A stretch of DNA of 64,000 nt from positions 1 to 64,000 of the forward strand of contig RDOB01000006.1 of the NCBI GenBank assembly GCA_011364965.1, read 5' to 3'. The notes under the pieces were generated by a model. That model saw only the letters and a list, made by a program, of their open reading frames with translations. It did no database searches and had not been told where the DNA came from. Made by a program: the position numbers and the translations under genes. The first letter of the stretch is position 1. Each line of letters begins with the position of its first letter. Shown one piece after another: positions 51,601 through 61,000 of the stretch. The stretch comes from Candidatus Heimdallarchaeota archaeon. Lineage in GTDB: Archaea; Asgardarchaeota; Heimdallarchaeia; Hodarchaeales; Hodarchaeaceae.

Positions 51601-54600
51601 TCTGCCATCTTGATCCATATCACCTGTTTCAATTGCAAGAGTCCAGCGAGCTAGTTCTGCTTGTGAATTCCAGACTTCAAAGACATGATACCCATAGTTA
51701 GCTAGCAGGTTACCATAACTGTCTGCACCAGATTTAAGATTGATTTCTAAGCGGGAAATGAGGGGATTTGTTCCTATTATAAAGGCATTGTGATTTTCAT
51801 ATTCTGCTAGCAATTTAACCATCATACCTGTGTGATTATTGTATGTGGTTAAATGAGTGAGTACCCCTGTAGCTGGATCAATGGCGAATGTAGGAGTTGT
51901 GAGGTTATTAAACCAGAGACCACCCCAACTATTTGTATAAAGCCATTTATTTTCTACCCATTCAGGAGCCCAACGAGAGCCTTTATTCTCAAAGTAGGTT
52001 GCTCCTTCTCGATTAGCGTATCCTACGGTGAGATCTAAGTCACCATCACCATCAAAGTCATATAATTCTGGAGAATTGTATAATTTGTCTGTCGCTTTTA
52101 GGTTCATATCACGGAAGTATTCGGTATCTAGCCTAAACATGGTATTATGGATATTTTCGATGAAATACAACCGCCCATTTGTAAGGACAAGATCAGAATC
52201 CCCATCCGCGTCAACATCACCCCAAGCAACCTCAGGAACGACCAAAGACTTTTCAAGAGCTCGCCAAAGGAGACCAGTAATCTCATGTTCAGCCAATTCG
52301 AATCTACCTACATATGCTCCGATAGGACTTGCAGCCAAATCGAATGTATAAACATCCAACCCAGCCATAGATTGTTGTTTGTTTGGATCAATGGGATCAT
52401 ATAGCTGATCTTTGTCCCCCCATCCAAGAAACATCAGCTCTGGGAAATGGTTTGGATCTTGATTGAAATCAACGAAAGTAGGGCTAATAGACATTCCATT
52501 GTAAAAAGGGTTCGTATTTACGGGATAGAAGAAATAATTTCCGAGAACTGACCAAGTTTCTACTAAGGAGGGAAATACCACTAGTTTTCCATTATCAGTT
52601 CCCACAACAATATCGTTCGCAGGGACATTAATATCAACTATTTCAGCATAAGGCCAATAATCTTCTATCACAGCGAAAATATTTTCCCAGAACGATTTCA
52701 TTAACGAAACATGATCCATACTGAAATAATTACCTAGGATCCCAGGTAACCAGCTCTGATCAATTTCAAGCTGGCGTAATTCTTCATTCACATTAAAAAT
52801 ATCGCTGCTAGATTGATTATATAACCAAGTAGGGATTTTACCGGGGCTTTTCACCTCAGTTATCGCCCAAATGTTGGTACCTTGTGTGTAAGAATCATTT
52901 TTGTACGAGTTCCAGAGTAAATCATAGGCCTTTGTTGCTGTATTATAGCGGAACATGATGATTTTCCCGTCTACAGTCCCAAGTACAATCTTTTTACCTT
53001 CACTTTGACCTGTAGTATAAGCTTTGTAGTAATCTAGATCAAGTGAACCAATAGTGATAGATGAAGCAGTGTCCATGGGACGGTACATAACTGGAGCATA
53101 ACCTCCTTTAATTTTATAATACCCACCGTCCGTTACATTAATCCGCATATATCGGAAATACGCCCAATGTTTGGAAGAGAGCACAGGGTCAATATCTAAG
53201 AGAACATCATCATCACCTGATTTCCATTGAATTTTGATATTTTCATTGGGTACACGAACCCATTGTTGAGTATCAGGAGAAATCTCAAATGAAATTTTGT
53301 TTAAATTGGGATCATATGCATCATGGAAACGAAGAGTAACATCATAACCAAGAGTGGTTCCAGGTACAGCCCATAAACCATCTCCCATGACTTCTTGGTC
53401 ATTACCCCAATCAACTATTGCACTAGCTATGGAATCACGGGCATTAAAGGTTGTATAGTTTTCTGCAGGGGGGTGACTTATTGGAGGATCAGAAATGTAA
53501 ACACCATCTTCACCCCAGGGATCAAGTTTGCGATGAATAGCCATAGAGGTGTTTTTAGGCCATTGAGGTTCCCAGACATAACGAGCATAAGGTTCAGTTA
53601 TGAAGATCTTAGTAGTATCATTCTCCCAATACACATGCAGATCGGACATATTCTCAATAGGGAGGAAATTCCCCGAGGGTTTCATAGATCCATTAATAAA
53701 AACGGTCATTTCTTGGTAAAAAGTATCGTTGTAGGGCATATACGTACCCGAAGGAATTCTAGTAAGGTTATTGTTTGACCAAGTCATCCAATCAATATAA
53801 TGGTTAAGGTAATGTCCTAGACCTTCAAAACCACCTAACTCCCAGGAGTCGAAAGGTTCCCAAAGCTGGTGAGTGAGATAACAACCACCTGCAACATTTG
53901 GATCCCAATTGATTACATAAACCCCCTGACCTTGAGCAATGTAAACCACTTCATCATGAGGATCATTATCTAAGGAATCCACTTCCATTTGGGTAACGGG
54001 TTTCCAGGATATATTTCCTGAATCCCAATGATAACGATAGGAGTTGTCTTGTGTTAACGGCCAAGGTTTACCATTAATTGACAAAACTGTGCCATTATTT
54101 TCGTAAATATAAACTCTCCCTAGACTCGTACCGGCGATGATTTCTGGGAGGGCATTATAATTGGTATCACCAACATCAATGGAGTAAATTTTTTCTCCAA
54201 CATTGATTGTAGCCTTCTCTGCATATTCAATCCAATGTTGCTTTGAAAATGGATATCCAGAGTGATTGATGTATTCATAAACATGGATTTTTCCATCCCA
54301 TGAACCAGCAATGATGTCAGGAAGATAATCTTTGTCTACATCAGCAATTTTCACACCCCAGACCTGTTGAATCTTGGGACTTGTCCAAACATGCACGAAT
54401 TGATTTTCCATGTTATCAAAGGGATCATAGATATGTTCCTGTTCAAATACGTAGACATGACCGTCAGCAGAGCCAGCTACTATCTCCAAAAATTGATTAT
54501 TATCTGTATCACCAAAATCAATAGAGATAACATCCCCCTGAATGATTTGATCCCCTGAATCCCACACTTTATCGTAATTCCTAGTGTGACCATTCCAACG

Positions 54601-54993
54601 ATAGATATGAATTTCATTATCGTATAAATATCCTCCTCCAACGGCCAGAAATTCTTTGGAGGCATCAGTTTCTATACAACGAACTGCTGCTTTAGTTAAC
54701 CATGGTTCCCAAACACTTTGATATTGCATTTCGTTATTCATCAAAAATTTGGAAATATCATAATCACTTGGGAGATATTTTGAGTCAACTCCAGGATCAG
54801 AGCTCGAGTAATAAGTTGACACTTCCTCGGAGATACTCCTTAGTGGGGGGACAATTCCTTGCGGATAGAGTCCATATTCATCAGTGAGGAAATCCATGAA
54901 TGGATTGTATATCAAAGCTTCCGTAACACTAGGTCCAAAGAGAAATATAGTGACTGCGAAGAGTGCTGCAAATCTAACTAGTTTATTTCGCAT
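45673..54993 (-). CDS. Very large secreted FG-GAP/Asp-box/PQQ-like multi-beta-propeller protein
   Basis: Signal peptide MRNKLVRFAALFAV (ATG 54993 behind AGGAGG; ORF track starts at 55011); many GD.D.DG..EI+.G motifs; two Asp boxes (SADYGDTW, SKDDGATW); DG.TG...W.Y blades; no C-terminal TM. Confidence 0.85.
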   Translation of the reverse strand: MRNKLVRFAALFAVTIFLFGPSVTEALIYNPFMDFLTDEYGLYPQGIVPPLRSISEEVSTYYSSSDPGVDSKYLPSDYDISKFLMNNEMQYQSVWEPWLTKAAVRCIETDASKEFLAVGGGYLYDNEIHIYRWNGHTRNYDKVWDSGDQIIQGDVISIDFGDTDNNQFLEIVAGSADGHVYVFEQEHIYDPFDNMENQFVHVWTSPKIQQVWGVKIADVDKDYLPDIIAGSWDGKIHVYEYINHSGYPFSKQHWIEYAEKATINVGEKIYSIDVGDTNYNALPEIIAGTSLGRVYIYENNGTVLSINGKPWPLTQDNSYRYHWDSGNISWKPVTQMEVDSLDNDPHDEVVYIAQGQGVYVINWDPNVAGGCYLTHQLWEPFDSWELGGFEGLGHYLNHYIDWMTWSNNNLTRIPSGTYMPYNDTFYQEMTVFINGSMKPSGNFLPIENMSDLHVYWENDTTKIFITEPYARYVWEPQWPKNTSMAIHRKLDPWGEDGVYISDPPISHPPAENYTTFNARDSIASAIVDWGNDQEVMGDGLWAVPGTTLGYDVTLRFHDAYDPNLNKISFEISPDTQQWVRVPNENIKIQWKSGDDDVLLDIDPVLSSKHWAYFRYMRINVTDGGYYKIKGGYAPVMYRPMDTASSITIGSLDLDYYKAYTTGQSEGKKIVLGTVDGKIIMFRYNTATKAYDLLWNSYKNDSYTQGTNIWAITEVKSPGKIPTWLYNQSSSDIFNVNEELRQLEIDQSWLPGILGNYFSMDHVSLMKSFWENIFAVIEDYWPYAEIVDINVPANDIVVGTDNGKLVVFPSLVETWSVLGNYFFYPVNTNPFYNGMSISPTFVDFNQDPNHFPELMFLGWGDKDQLYDPIDPNKQQSMAGLDVYTFDLAASPIGAYVGRFELAEHEITGLLWRALEKSLVVPEVAWGDVDADGDSDLVLTNGRLYFIENIHNTMFRLDTEYFRDMNLKATDKLYNSPELYDFDGDGDLDLTVGYANREGATYFENKGSRWAPEWVENKWLYTNSWGGLWFNNLTTPTFAIDPATGVLTHLTTYNNHTGMMVKLLAEYENHNAFIIGTNPLISRLEINLKSGADSYGNLLANYGYHVFEVWNSQAELARWTLAIETGDMDQDGRQEVIVGSYDQNLYVFEHLTNNTYKRAYRSQDLTHKELSLTSPYAYEELEGVSGTFYRTIWDDVEEIVVGLDMDNDGFLEMVATAGLSIFIWEQNNDGFVSIDDEYTLIWQADLRQSAWAPLFADLGIDKFTAAAYAGDMDYNGFGEFVVAAGSFLFVFESSGSNNYYENFLKNPFPARGRYFTPGNPLVSPAVRALSIESIVVSDTDNDTLNEIIIGGLNKTWWGTYNGFVAILENQIGTYAYTWWAPNHLMDENPVYDLTVDNQDMDKYKEIIVGTFKGIVIYENNGTETERNNNYVERSILTSYVNFPTIKLKAMFDLETKVQLALRNTDMIELQRNVSTTLYYGNWIQVFKGGNRLYWATSADYGDTWTQRGPIVTLGVEIVTAGAGTWSWTYSNYEIHPSLFQAKDGRVWIAFSAKMTFNVFTYEGIWLLQLNPSSLTWENAVGIGTGSGNLAVQDFHGNYVYNPSVWEYNNNTAQRVAISYMNSSNGGIYWKGDFSAPNLRPEARIPNIGNSAFENNQTWNKLGYKAISHDAIRSVSGDVVLVFTGMSFKEAKVDYDLWIAKSNSTPMWDGAFPYSRATVDAIDELYPSITQTVTPDHTLMIIFEADGYAPSGALQITYSKDDGATWRDPEPVTTTPPFAEYISFPLYGFSLLVLKDYPFILVKSLISVGPAISAHWEGGFVYSFMAQYHLFSLAKISLTQTTTSTLTVGVGYAESVSPPDSTMTLNSGDITAHSGLVENIGGSITTGGGEVSYITTEGDTIPVGTLVNLTLGGGGSAIYYTTTVSTPTINYNTPIVTEDTQLSSYGGSIVAYGEDATGTDNPENDQNTGSYGLAAAVGFRGEDFHRDRQTPDRGFYNNIFFGMNPSSNFSLFDFKEARAIDTGDTDKDGRREIAIASGNQAFLVEVARTGGEEEVLFYYQPWHSDGLATETTDIELHDVNGNGMDELVVSCIEGNVYAFEGIFTEPSATDYLYFDWDPVWTNYEQGEFSSAPIQPDHLADTTDITLDGVDDIVFAMMDPDGIGYNGFPLIRAVNGATGSLIWEYNLSSTSISSKNSIVLNLRTIDLTGDGVKEVIALIHDITADNLYMIALEGTTGIERWPDDVFFFAIDATQYAEMMFEDIDNDTIPDVLTGIGDSIFFVSGVDGNYDGNNDARPEWFYTFPDHMDPDPTTHVTHISTTEDRVIVSGVDPDSGNGTVAIIDYNGTVIYTFLRNSSIYGLTATMLDITEDSIEDIIIFESGVMYVYDGTSNMTEALFNTSFDGSTGNAKETIKYDFNGDSYDDLLIQLHYNVTLTFEDQVSLTRVGESYIDQGINFSNTDPINIGTYLGWTAWDSGSSSIYTPHSGDITIFTRELDNYITIDDFATTVSAYFSTGSYSGFFVWEAYDIDGNLIDTTSFIPNRPVQYVELNDPYGRIYRVHVTGTGDTTWNSRFVMDSFSYWKNPEKVETKLVALSGINPEIYLWEYNLWDTYATEIKMGDLDHDSEDDDLLLLTEYTLDNPHTGAIFALDGTYGTPLGYMQLHGTGISVAAGNFGPYGEVAILNTSCTLSTWTFVHHEPTIALDLSIPEGSISYQTRGPVYAIDTGDFNNDDIEDVIFADKSRYLITLDGLTGEVIWKYRTSSPIQKVAIDDVDNDGYSDVAAALRSGMLVMINGQTGRPSWQHFMGLIIANQMQFVDYNHDSEKELAVSMGYRFSSIFGRIMLYNTTRDPVLGHGKVIWQFIQPFGPFTRFEVADFLNDANGILDFAVEIYEHSIWILNGNNGNPVNGILIKVHDFRVGIFTTNLHPQLAVIVRNGTVIIYDSLDYSSFGSIFEDKKIHLNIPFRLSHMATGNFDPSDQLHEIAIRSFANGTYCLDGDLSVLWTFEDRSIFYLPRYLTADLNDDGQLDIISFNIDNVIALSGTEREPTQVVWAAFIPKHLVLSAVIADFNNDGVDDIAVGTIDGMIYILHGTIERSFLQDTGPDGGTG

Positions 54994-55011
54994 TTTTGTG
55001 CCTCCTATCAT

Positions 55012-58000
55012 TTACAAGCCCCCCTCCTTTTTCTTCCAGACAAGTAATTGCTGGATATTAACAAAAGATGTCAAATAGAGAAGTAAAGAAACCATTCCAA
55101 AACCGATGACCCCACCAATGAGGAATGGAACGATTTGTAAAGGTTCGGTTAAAATATAGAATGTAATACGTTTAATCGCTTCCGAACCGTCAAATCTTGT
55201 ACCCGAAACTTCTAAAGTATAGATGCCTTTAGATAAAGAAAGGATCTCACTTTCCCATTGATACTTGCGAGGTTTATATTTCATTTCGTGCTCCAAATGA
55301 TCTGTAGGTCCACCCACAAATTGATATTGAACATTGCCAAAGAAAGTAAAGTTGGCAACAGTGACAGTAAGTGTAGTTGTGTCATAAATAGTATCAATGG
55401 GGGAAGTTACTAAGAGATCATCTCGATAAATATCCAATGCTGCATACATTTCTGTTGCATTAGTGAATGTGAGGGGGTCAGTGCCAGCTAATATTTCCAG
55501 TCCATCAGAGAAAGTATCGTTATCCGTGTCCCAATTTGACGCATTCGTTCCATAAATCTGCCATTCTGCTCCATCTAACAATCCATCACGATCTGAGTCA
55601 GGGTTAAACGGTCCACCACCCGCTACGAGTACCGTGGGAGAAAGGGTGCCATTTGGATCCCCGAAGTATTCCAAACCGTCAGAGATCCCATCATGGTCAC
55701 TATCGAAGATGGAGCCATCAGGACGGCCAGGAATAATACTATCCCATACCATAGGGTTTGATCCATACGGCATATCCTCCATGATTTCAGCACCGTCTGG
55801 CAAACCATCGTCATCCGTATCGGGATCGTCTGCATAAGTTGGGTAAAAAGGGTTATAAGGCCCCATCAGAGTGATTCCTAGTCCACTAGCACCCCAACCA
55901 ACTGGAACTACTGCTGTGGTCTCATTGCAATCTAATAAGCCATCTGCGTCAGTATCATTACTAAGAGGATCAGTCAAGTGGAAATAATGCTCATCATAAT
56001 CGGATAACGTGTCGTTATCAGTATCTAGAACATCAGGACGTGTGCCTAGATCACGGAGTTCAAAACTATCATTCAAGAAATCTCCATCAGTATCCAATAG
56101 GACAGGAGAGGTGTTATATGGTAGGAGAATAAAGAATCCAACATAGGGGTAAATCAAACTAGATTGATTACCAATCATTAATTCTGCCCCATCGAGGATA
56201 AGGTCTCCGTCGGTATCATTATTCAAGGGATTTAGTTTAATTGGAAATGCGATCTGATAATATTGATATACAACTTTGGGAACTAATCCTGATGCCAAAT
56301 ACAACTCCCAACCATCAGTAAGTCCATCTAAATCAGTATCGCCATAAGTGGGGTTTGTACCAAAGTAATACAATTCGTCTCCATCACTTAGTCGGAAGGT
56401 CATATCAACTTTACCACCCGGATAGACAACATAATAGGTAATCGAGTCCATATCCGTATCCCATTTTAATGGATCTGTTTTAATACCGTTGTAAGTCCCA
56501 TAAACCTCATCACCGTCACGGAGGTAGTCACCATTCCACACTCCATCTCCATTTTCATCGTATGCAGGATCCCATTCTTCAAGACCGTCATATCGATTGT
56601 TATGGTTTAAGTCATTCCATCTCTCTGAGTCAGTGTCAGAATCATCTGGTTTAGTTCTATAGATAAAGATTTCCTCATAATCATCCAGTCTATCATTGTC
56701 AGAATCTTCATCCATTGGATCAGTGAAGTAGATATTTAATTCCATCCAGTCTCCAATTCGATCTCCATCACTATCGATTGAAAAGGGGTTTGTATGGAAC
56801 CAATAAAGTTCCTCACCGTCAAGTAATCCATCGTAATCTGTATCGGGGTTATGTGGATGTGTACCATATTTAAAGTACTCGTCTCCATCGATAACCATGT
56901 CTCGATCAGAATCTGGATGTCGAGGGTCTGATCCGAGAAGTAATTCTTGAAGATCTCCTAAACCGTCCCCATCGGTATCAGGATTATTATAATGCGTGTG
57001 ATTTGAGTCAGACGCTCGGGTTCCCTCTAAACCATCAATCAATCCATCATCGTCCGTATCAGCGTCACATGGATCGCTTGGGGGGTCTAAGGATAGTTCG
57101 TATCCATCTGAATTGAGGATTTCACTAACTGGAGGTTCATCATGTGGTTGATCTGGGGCTCCAGTTCTATCATAGCTTCCAATTCCTGTATCCCCATCAG
57201 TGTCTGGATTACATGGATTTGTATACGTGATATTTAAAACGGGTTCTCCTTCAACCATATATACAATAGGCATACCTTTTACTTCCCACCAGTCAGTAGT
57301 TAATATCCAAGAGCCATCTTGTATTTTAACCCAAGCATGAGCTTTGGACGGAGCTATCATCCCATCATATAACTGCTCCCATGTATCATCATCTGTATCA
57401 TTATCCAGTGGATGTGTATATCCACCGTTGAAAATTATAGGTGGGGTGTCAATACCAGGCTGTGTTTCATTATATAGCTCATCCAATCCATAAAACGGTC
57501 CAAACTCTCCTTCTTCACCATCTAATAAACCATCCCCGTCAGTGTCTGGGTTTAGGGGGTCAGTTCGGTCAGTATATTTTACACCACCAATCATTACAAA
57601 CTCCACGCTTCGTGTGACTCCTTTGATATCATAAGCATGGTTTACTTCATAGTAATCGTCAATTCCATCTTCATCAGTATCTGTGTCGAGCGGATCTGTT
57701 CCTATAATGATTGCTTCTTCGTAATCAGTTAAACCGTCCCAATCAGTATCAGGTTGCCTTGGATTGGTTTTGGTATTCTCATATTCGATAAAATCATCTA
57801 ATCCGTCTCCATCTGTATCTGGGAGGATCGGATCTGTCTTGGAAGTCTGCGTTTCAAACTTATCTGATAATCCATCCCCATCTGTATCAGCAGCATATGG
57901 ATTTAAGCCAGGAGTTGCCTCCTCATCCACATCCGAGATCCCATCTTGGTCTGCATCCAATCCCATAGCCCCACTTTCCTTCTGTTCTTCAGGATCACTA

Positions 58001-61000
58001 GGAGTTAATTCTAATGGCGAAGGATCAAGGGGTTTCCATTCAACCTCGATATCCCAGTCCGCAAACAAGAATGTTAACGTAACCGTGATCCGTAGGATGA
58101 TTTCTAAGAAAATCTTAAGCGGCACCGGGTTCACTAAATCCTGGAAAAACGTCAGAATGATCTCCATAGTAAAGTCAAGCGCTATTCCAACTATCAGTAA
58201 ATTAATTCCTATATGAACATTCATACCTAAGGTGATTTTTAGGGTAAATGAACCCTCTTCTGGCCCTGCAGCTGATGCTGCACGTTTTACAACTTCAAGA
58301 AAGATTCCAAATGAAACTGTTACCGTTATTGCATCCAATCCGAGATATTCACCTATTGAATTTAGAGCTCCCGCTGTCCCCCCTGTAAGAAAATCAAGCA
58401 GAGTGAATGTACGGGAAATAGTAATAGTAAATTGGAATCCCCATTCAATAATTTTAAAGAAATTATCTGTGTCAAACACTCCACCTTTTAAGGTAAAGAG
58501 TTCTAATTCGAACCAACCTTTTCCTGAGAACTCTAGTTCAAGGCCTAATGATTCTAGTAAGAAAGCCATCAGCGGATTTTCTTCTGTTCCAAATCCTCCT
58601 ATTTCTAACCCTGCTTTGAATGTTGGAATTAATTCAAAGAACGAGAAGATTTCACCAAAGAAATCGTCTATTCCTCCACTAAATGGATTTAAACCACCGA
58701 AAACAATATCCAGCATCCAATCTGAAAAAGCAGCTTCATCAAAACCGAAATGAGGATATAATCCCAATTCAATCCCAATACTAAAAAGACTGAAACCTCC
58801 AAGCCCTACTGGAAGGCTTCCAGACCATTCTGGAGGAATTAGATCAGATGAACTTAGCGCGTTCATAATTGCATCTAAAAGCATGTTAATTAATTGTTCA
58901 ATTTGTCCACCTACCCAATCCATTAATTGTCCAAATAACCAGCGGATACCATCGGTAAAGATATCCTTTGCGTTAAAGATTATTCCCAATATACCTTCCA
59001 TGGCGTCTTTAAGGTCATTAAGGTTTGAAATACCAGGGATACTGAGGGATCCGATCAGAGAATCAAGCCCTGGAACCTCATCAAGCTGTCCCAACAAATT
59101 TTGGATGAGTTCATGAGCTGAAGGCAGATCTGCACTATCAACTCCGAAAAATTTGGGGAAAATAAATTCCAAAATATCCTTTACAAAAGATATGTCGATT
59201 CCAGCAAATTCCTTTATCAAACTGACTCCAATATTTTGAATAAGTCCTTGAAGAATTCCTTGGATACTATTGTCTTTTGCGGATATGATGATTCTGAAAA
59301 ATGCTGTTCCCATTTCCGCAAATGTCTGGATTTTTTCGAGAATTGAGGTATCTATACTAAGACTGCTTGCAGTAGACAATAAAAACCTAATTGTATTGTC
59401 TATAACCGCTGCAGGATCCTTAAATTGTTCTTTGAATTTATCAATAGTACTACTAATGTATTGCTTTAATTCATCTTTATCACTAATCACAGCAATGATT
59501 GTTACGATATTATTGACAGCTTTTTTAATTTTTCCTTCCTTAGTATCATCAATGTCTCCCATCATTAGTTCTGCAACATCAATTATGAAATCCATTGTAT
59601 TATTCAAATTAGGTAGTTGATCCTTATTAGTAAAGTCTCCATTAATAGCTCCTGCCACCATTGTAGCACCTGATACAATCATTTCCTTGATTTGGGTATC
59701 CTTTGTGCTATCGCTGTGGAATTGAAATCCAGTTTGAGTTTTGAAAGTATCAATTGCTGAACGTAAATTGGTCATAAAGTCGGTTACACTAGACATAGCG
59801 GATTCCTTAGCTGCAGAAATAGCCATATTGACCTGATAGATTAAGTTTTGAAGCTGGTCTGCAGCATAAGTTACTTCAGGTACGTTTTCATCAATTAGTT
59901 GGAGAAGATAACCAAATATACTTGCTAAATTATCATCAGTCGGTAAGTCAGAAGGATAACCTAACAGTGTACCAATATTCCCGCCCGAAAAGCCAATTGC
60001 AGACATCAACAGGTTAACTAAAATCCCAATCAATTTGCTCCAAGTAGATGCATCTTGAGCACTAAGGGTGTCAGCTCCTGATCCTGCTCCAACTAAACCA
60101 ATGGCCTCAAAGAAAAATTGTATAAATTGAGGGAGATACTCTGAAATCGTTTTCTTTAAATTACCGCTGGCTAAGAAGTCCATTATTGTTTTGAGGAAAA
60201 GACTGATGCCAGAAATGTATTTCGTTAAATCACCACTGTCTAATCCAAGTAACTCCAAGAATTGTTCTATTAAAACGTCTAAATATCGCTCGCTGATGAC
60301 AGAAAGAAGGGCATCAAGAAAATTTCCTCCCCCTTCTTTCATTTCATCAATGAGAGATACTGATAAACTAAGAATCTCATTAATTATAGTCTTAAACCAT
60401 CCCCAGTCCTCAGGAATAACTAGATCTAGCAATCGTCCTATTATATCACTAATTGCTGAAAAATCCCCTCTTAGAAGAGGAATAGCATCAAAGATCAGCT
60501 GGACATAAGGTTCTAATTCCTCTGGAAAAGGTATGAATTCTTTGATGATGTCAAATAAGGTTGATAATGCAGACTCAACTGAGATGTCATCACCACTAAA
60601 GAATCCAAGCATGGCCTCAATTGCCATAAAAGCGGTTTCTATGGTTTGCATAGCATCCTCCCCAAGATTTATTTCATCCCCAACCTTCCCAATGAAAATT
60701 TCTAGGAGTATATCAACAAGCCCTCCAATCGGGCCTTGAAGTCCTGATTCTATGGGCAATAAACCTATTAAGAGATCTCCTACTCCAAGTGATTCTTCAG
60801 TGGATTTTTTGATATACATTGCTGGACGATTTTCTTCAGGAAGTTCTCGTATATCAAATTTAGGCTCTATATAAGCTGGAAAACTTTCTTTGAGTTCTTC
60901 AAATCGCTTTTGTTTCAGAACTAAATCTTCCTCTCCTATGGGGTCGACAGGAGTAAATTGTCGTTGAACTATATCATTAATATTATCTGCAAAGTATTTT

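Noticed and set aside
55480-57965. CRISPR or DNA tandem-repeat array
   Set aside because: The periodicity is at the amino-acid level inside an ORF; there are no identical nucleotide repeats with spacers.
60463-60471. RGD tripeptide in the 2219-aa protein next to an FG-GAP protein (integrin-ligand analogy)
   Set aside because: A single tripeptide in more than 2000 aa is expected by chance, it lies in a helical region, and no integrin-beta MIDAS domain was seen.
57764-60739. Several long plus-strand ORFs (e.g. 57764-58216, 58232-58753, 59270-59620, 60191-60508)
   Set aside because: Ser/Ile/Pro-rich antisense shadows of the 2219-aa gene. The same applies to the other short ORFs nested in or antisense to the genes listed (e.g. 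3013-3435, 28225-28665, 30276-30671, 45569-45967).
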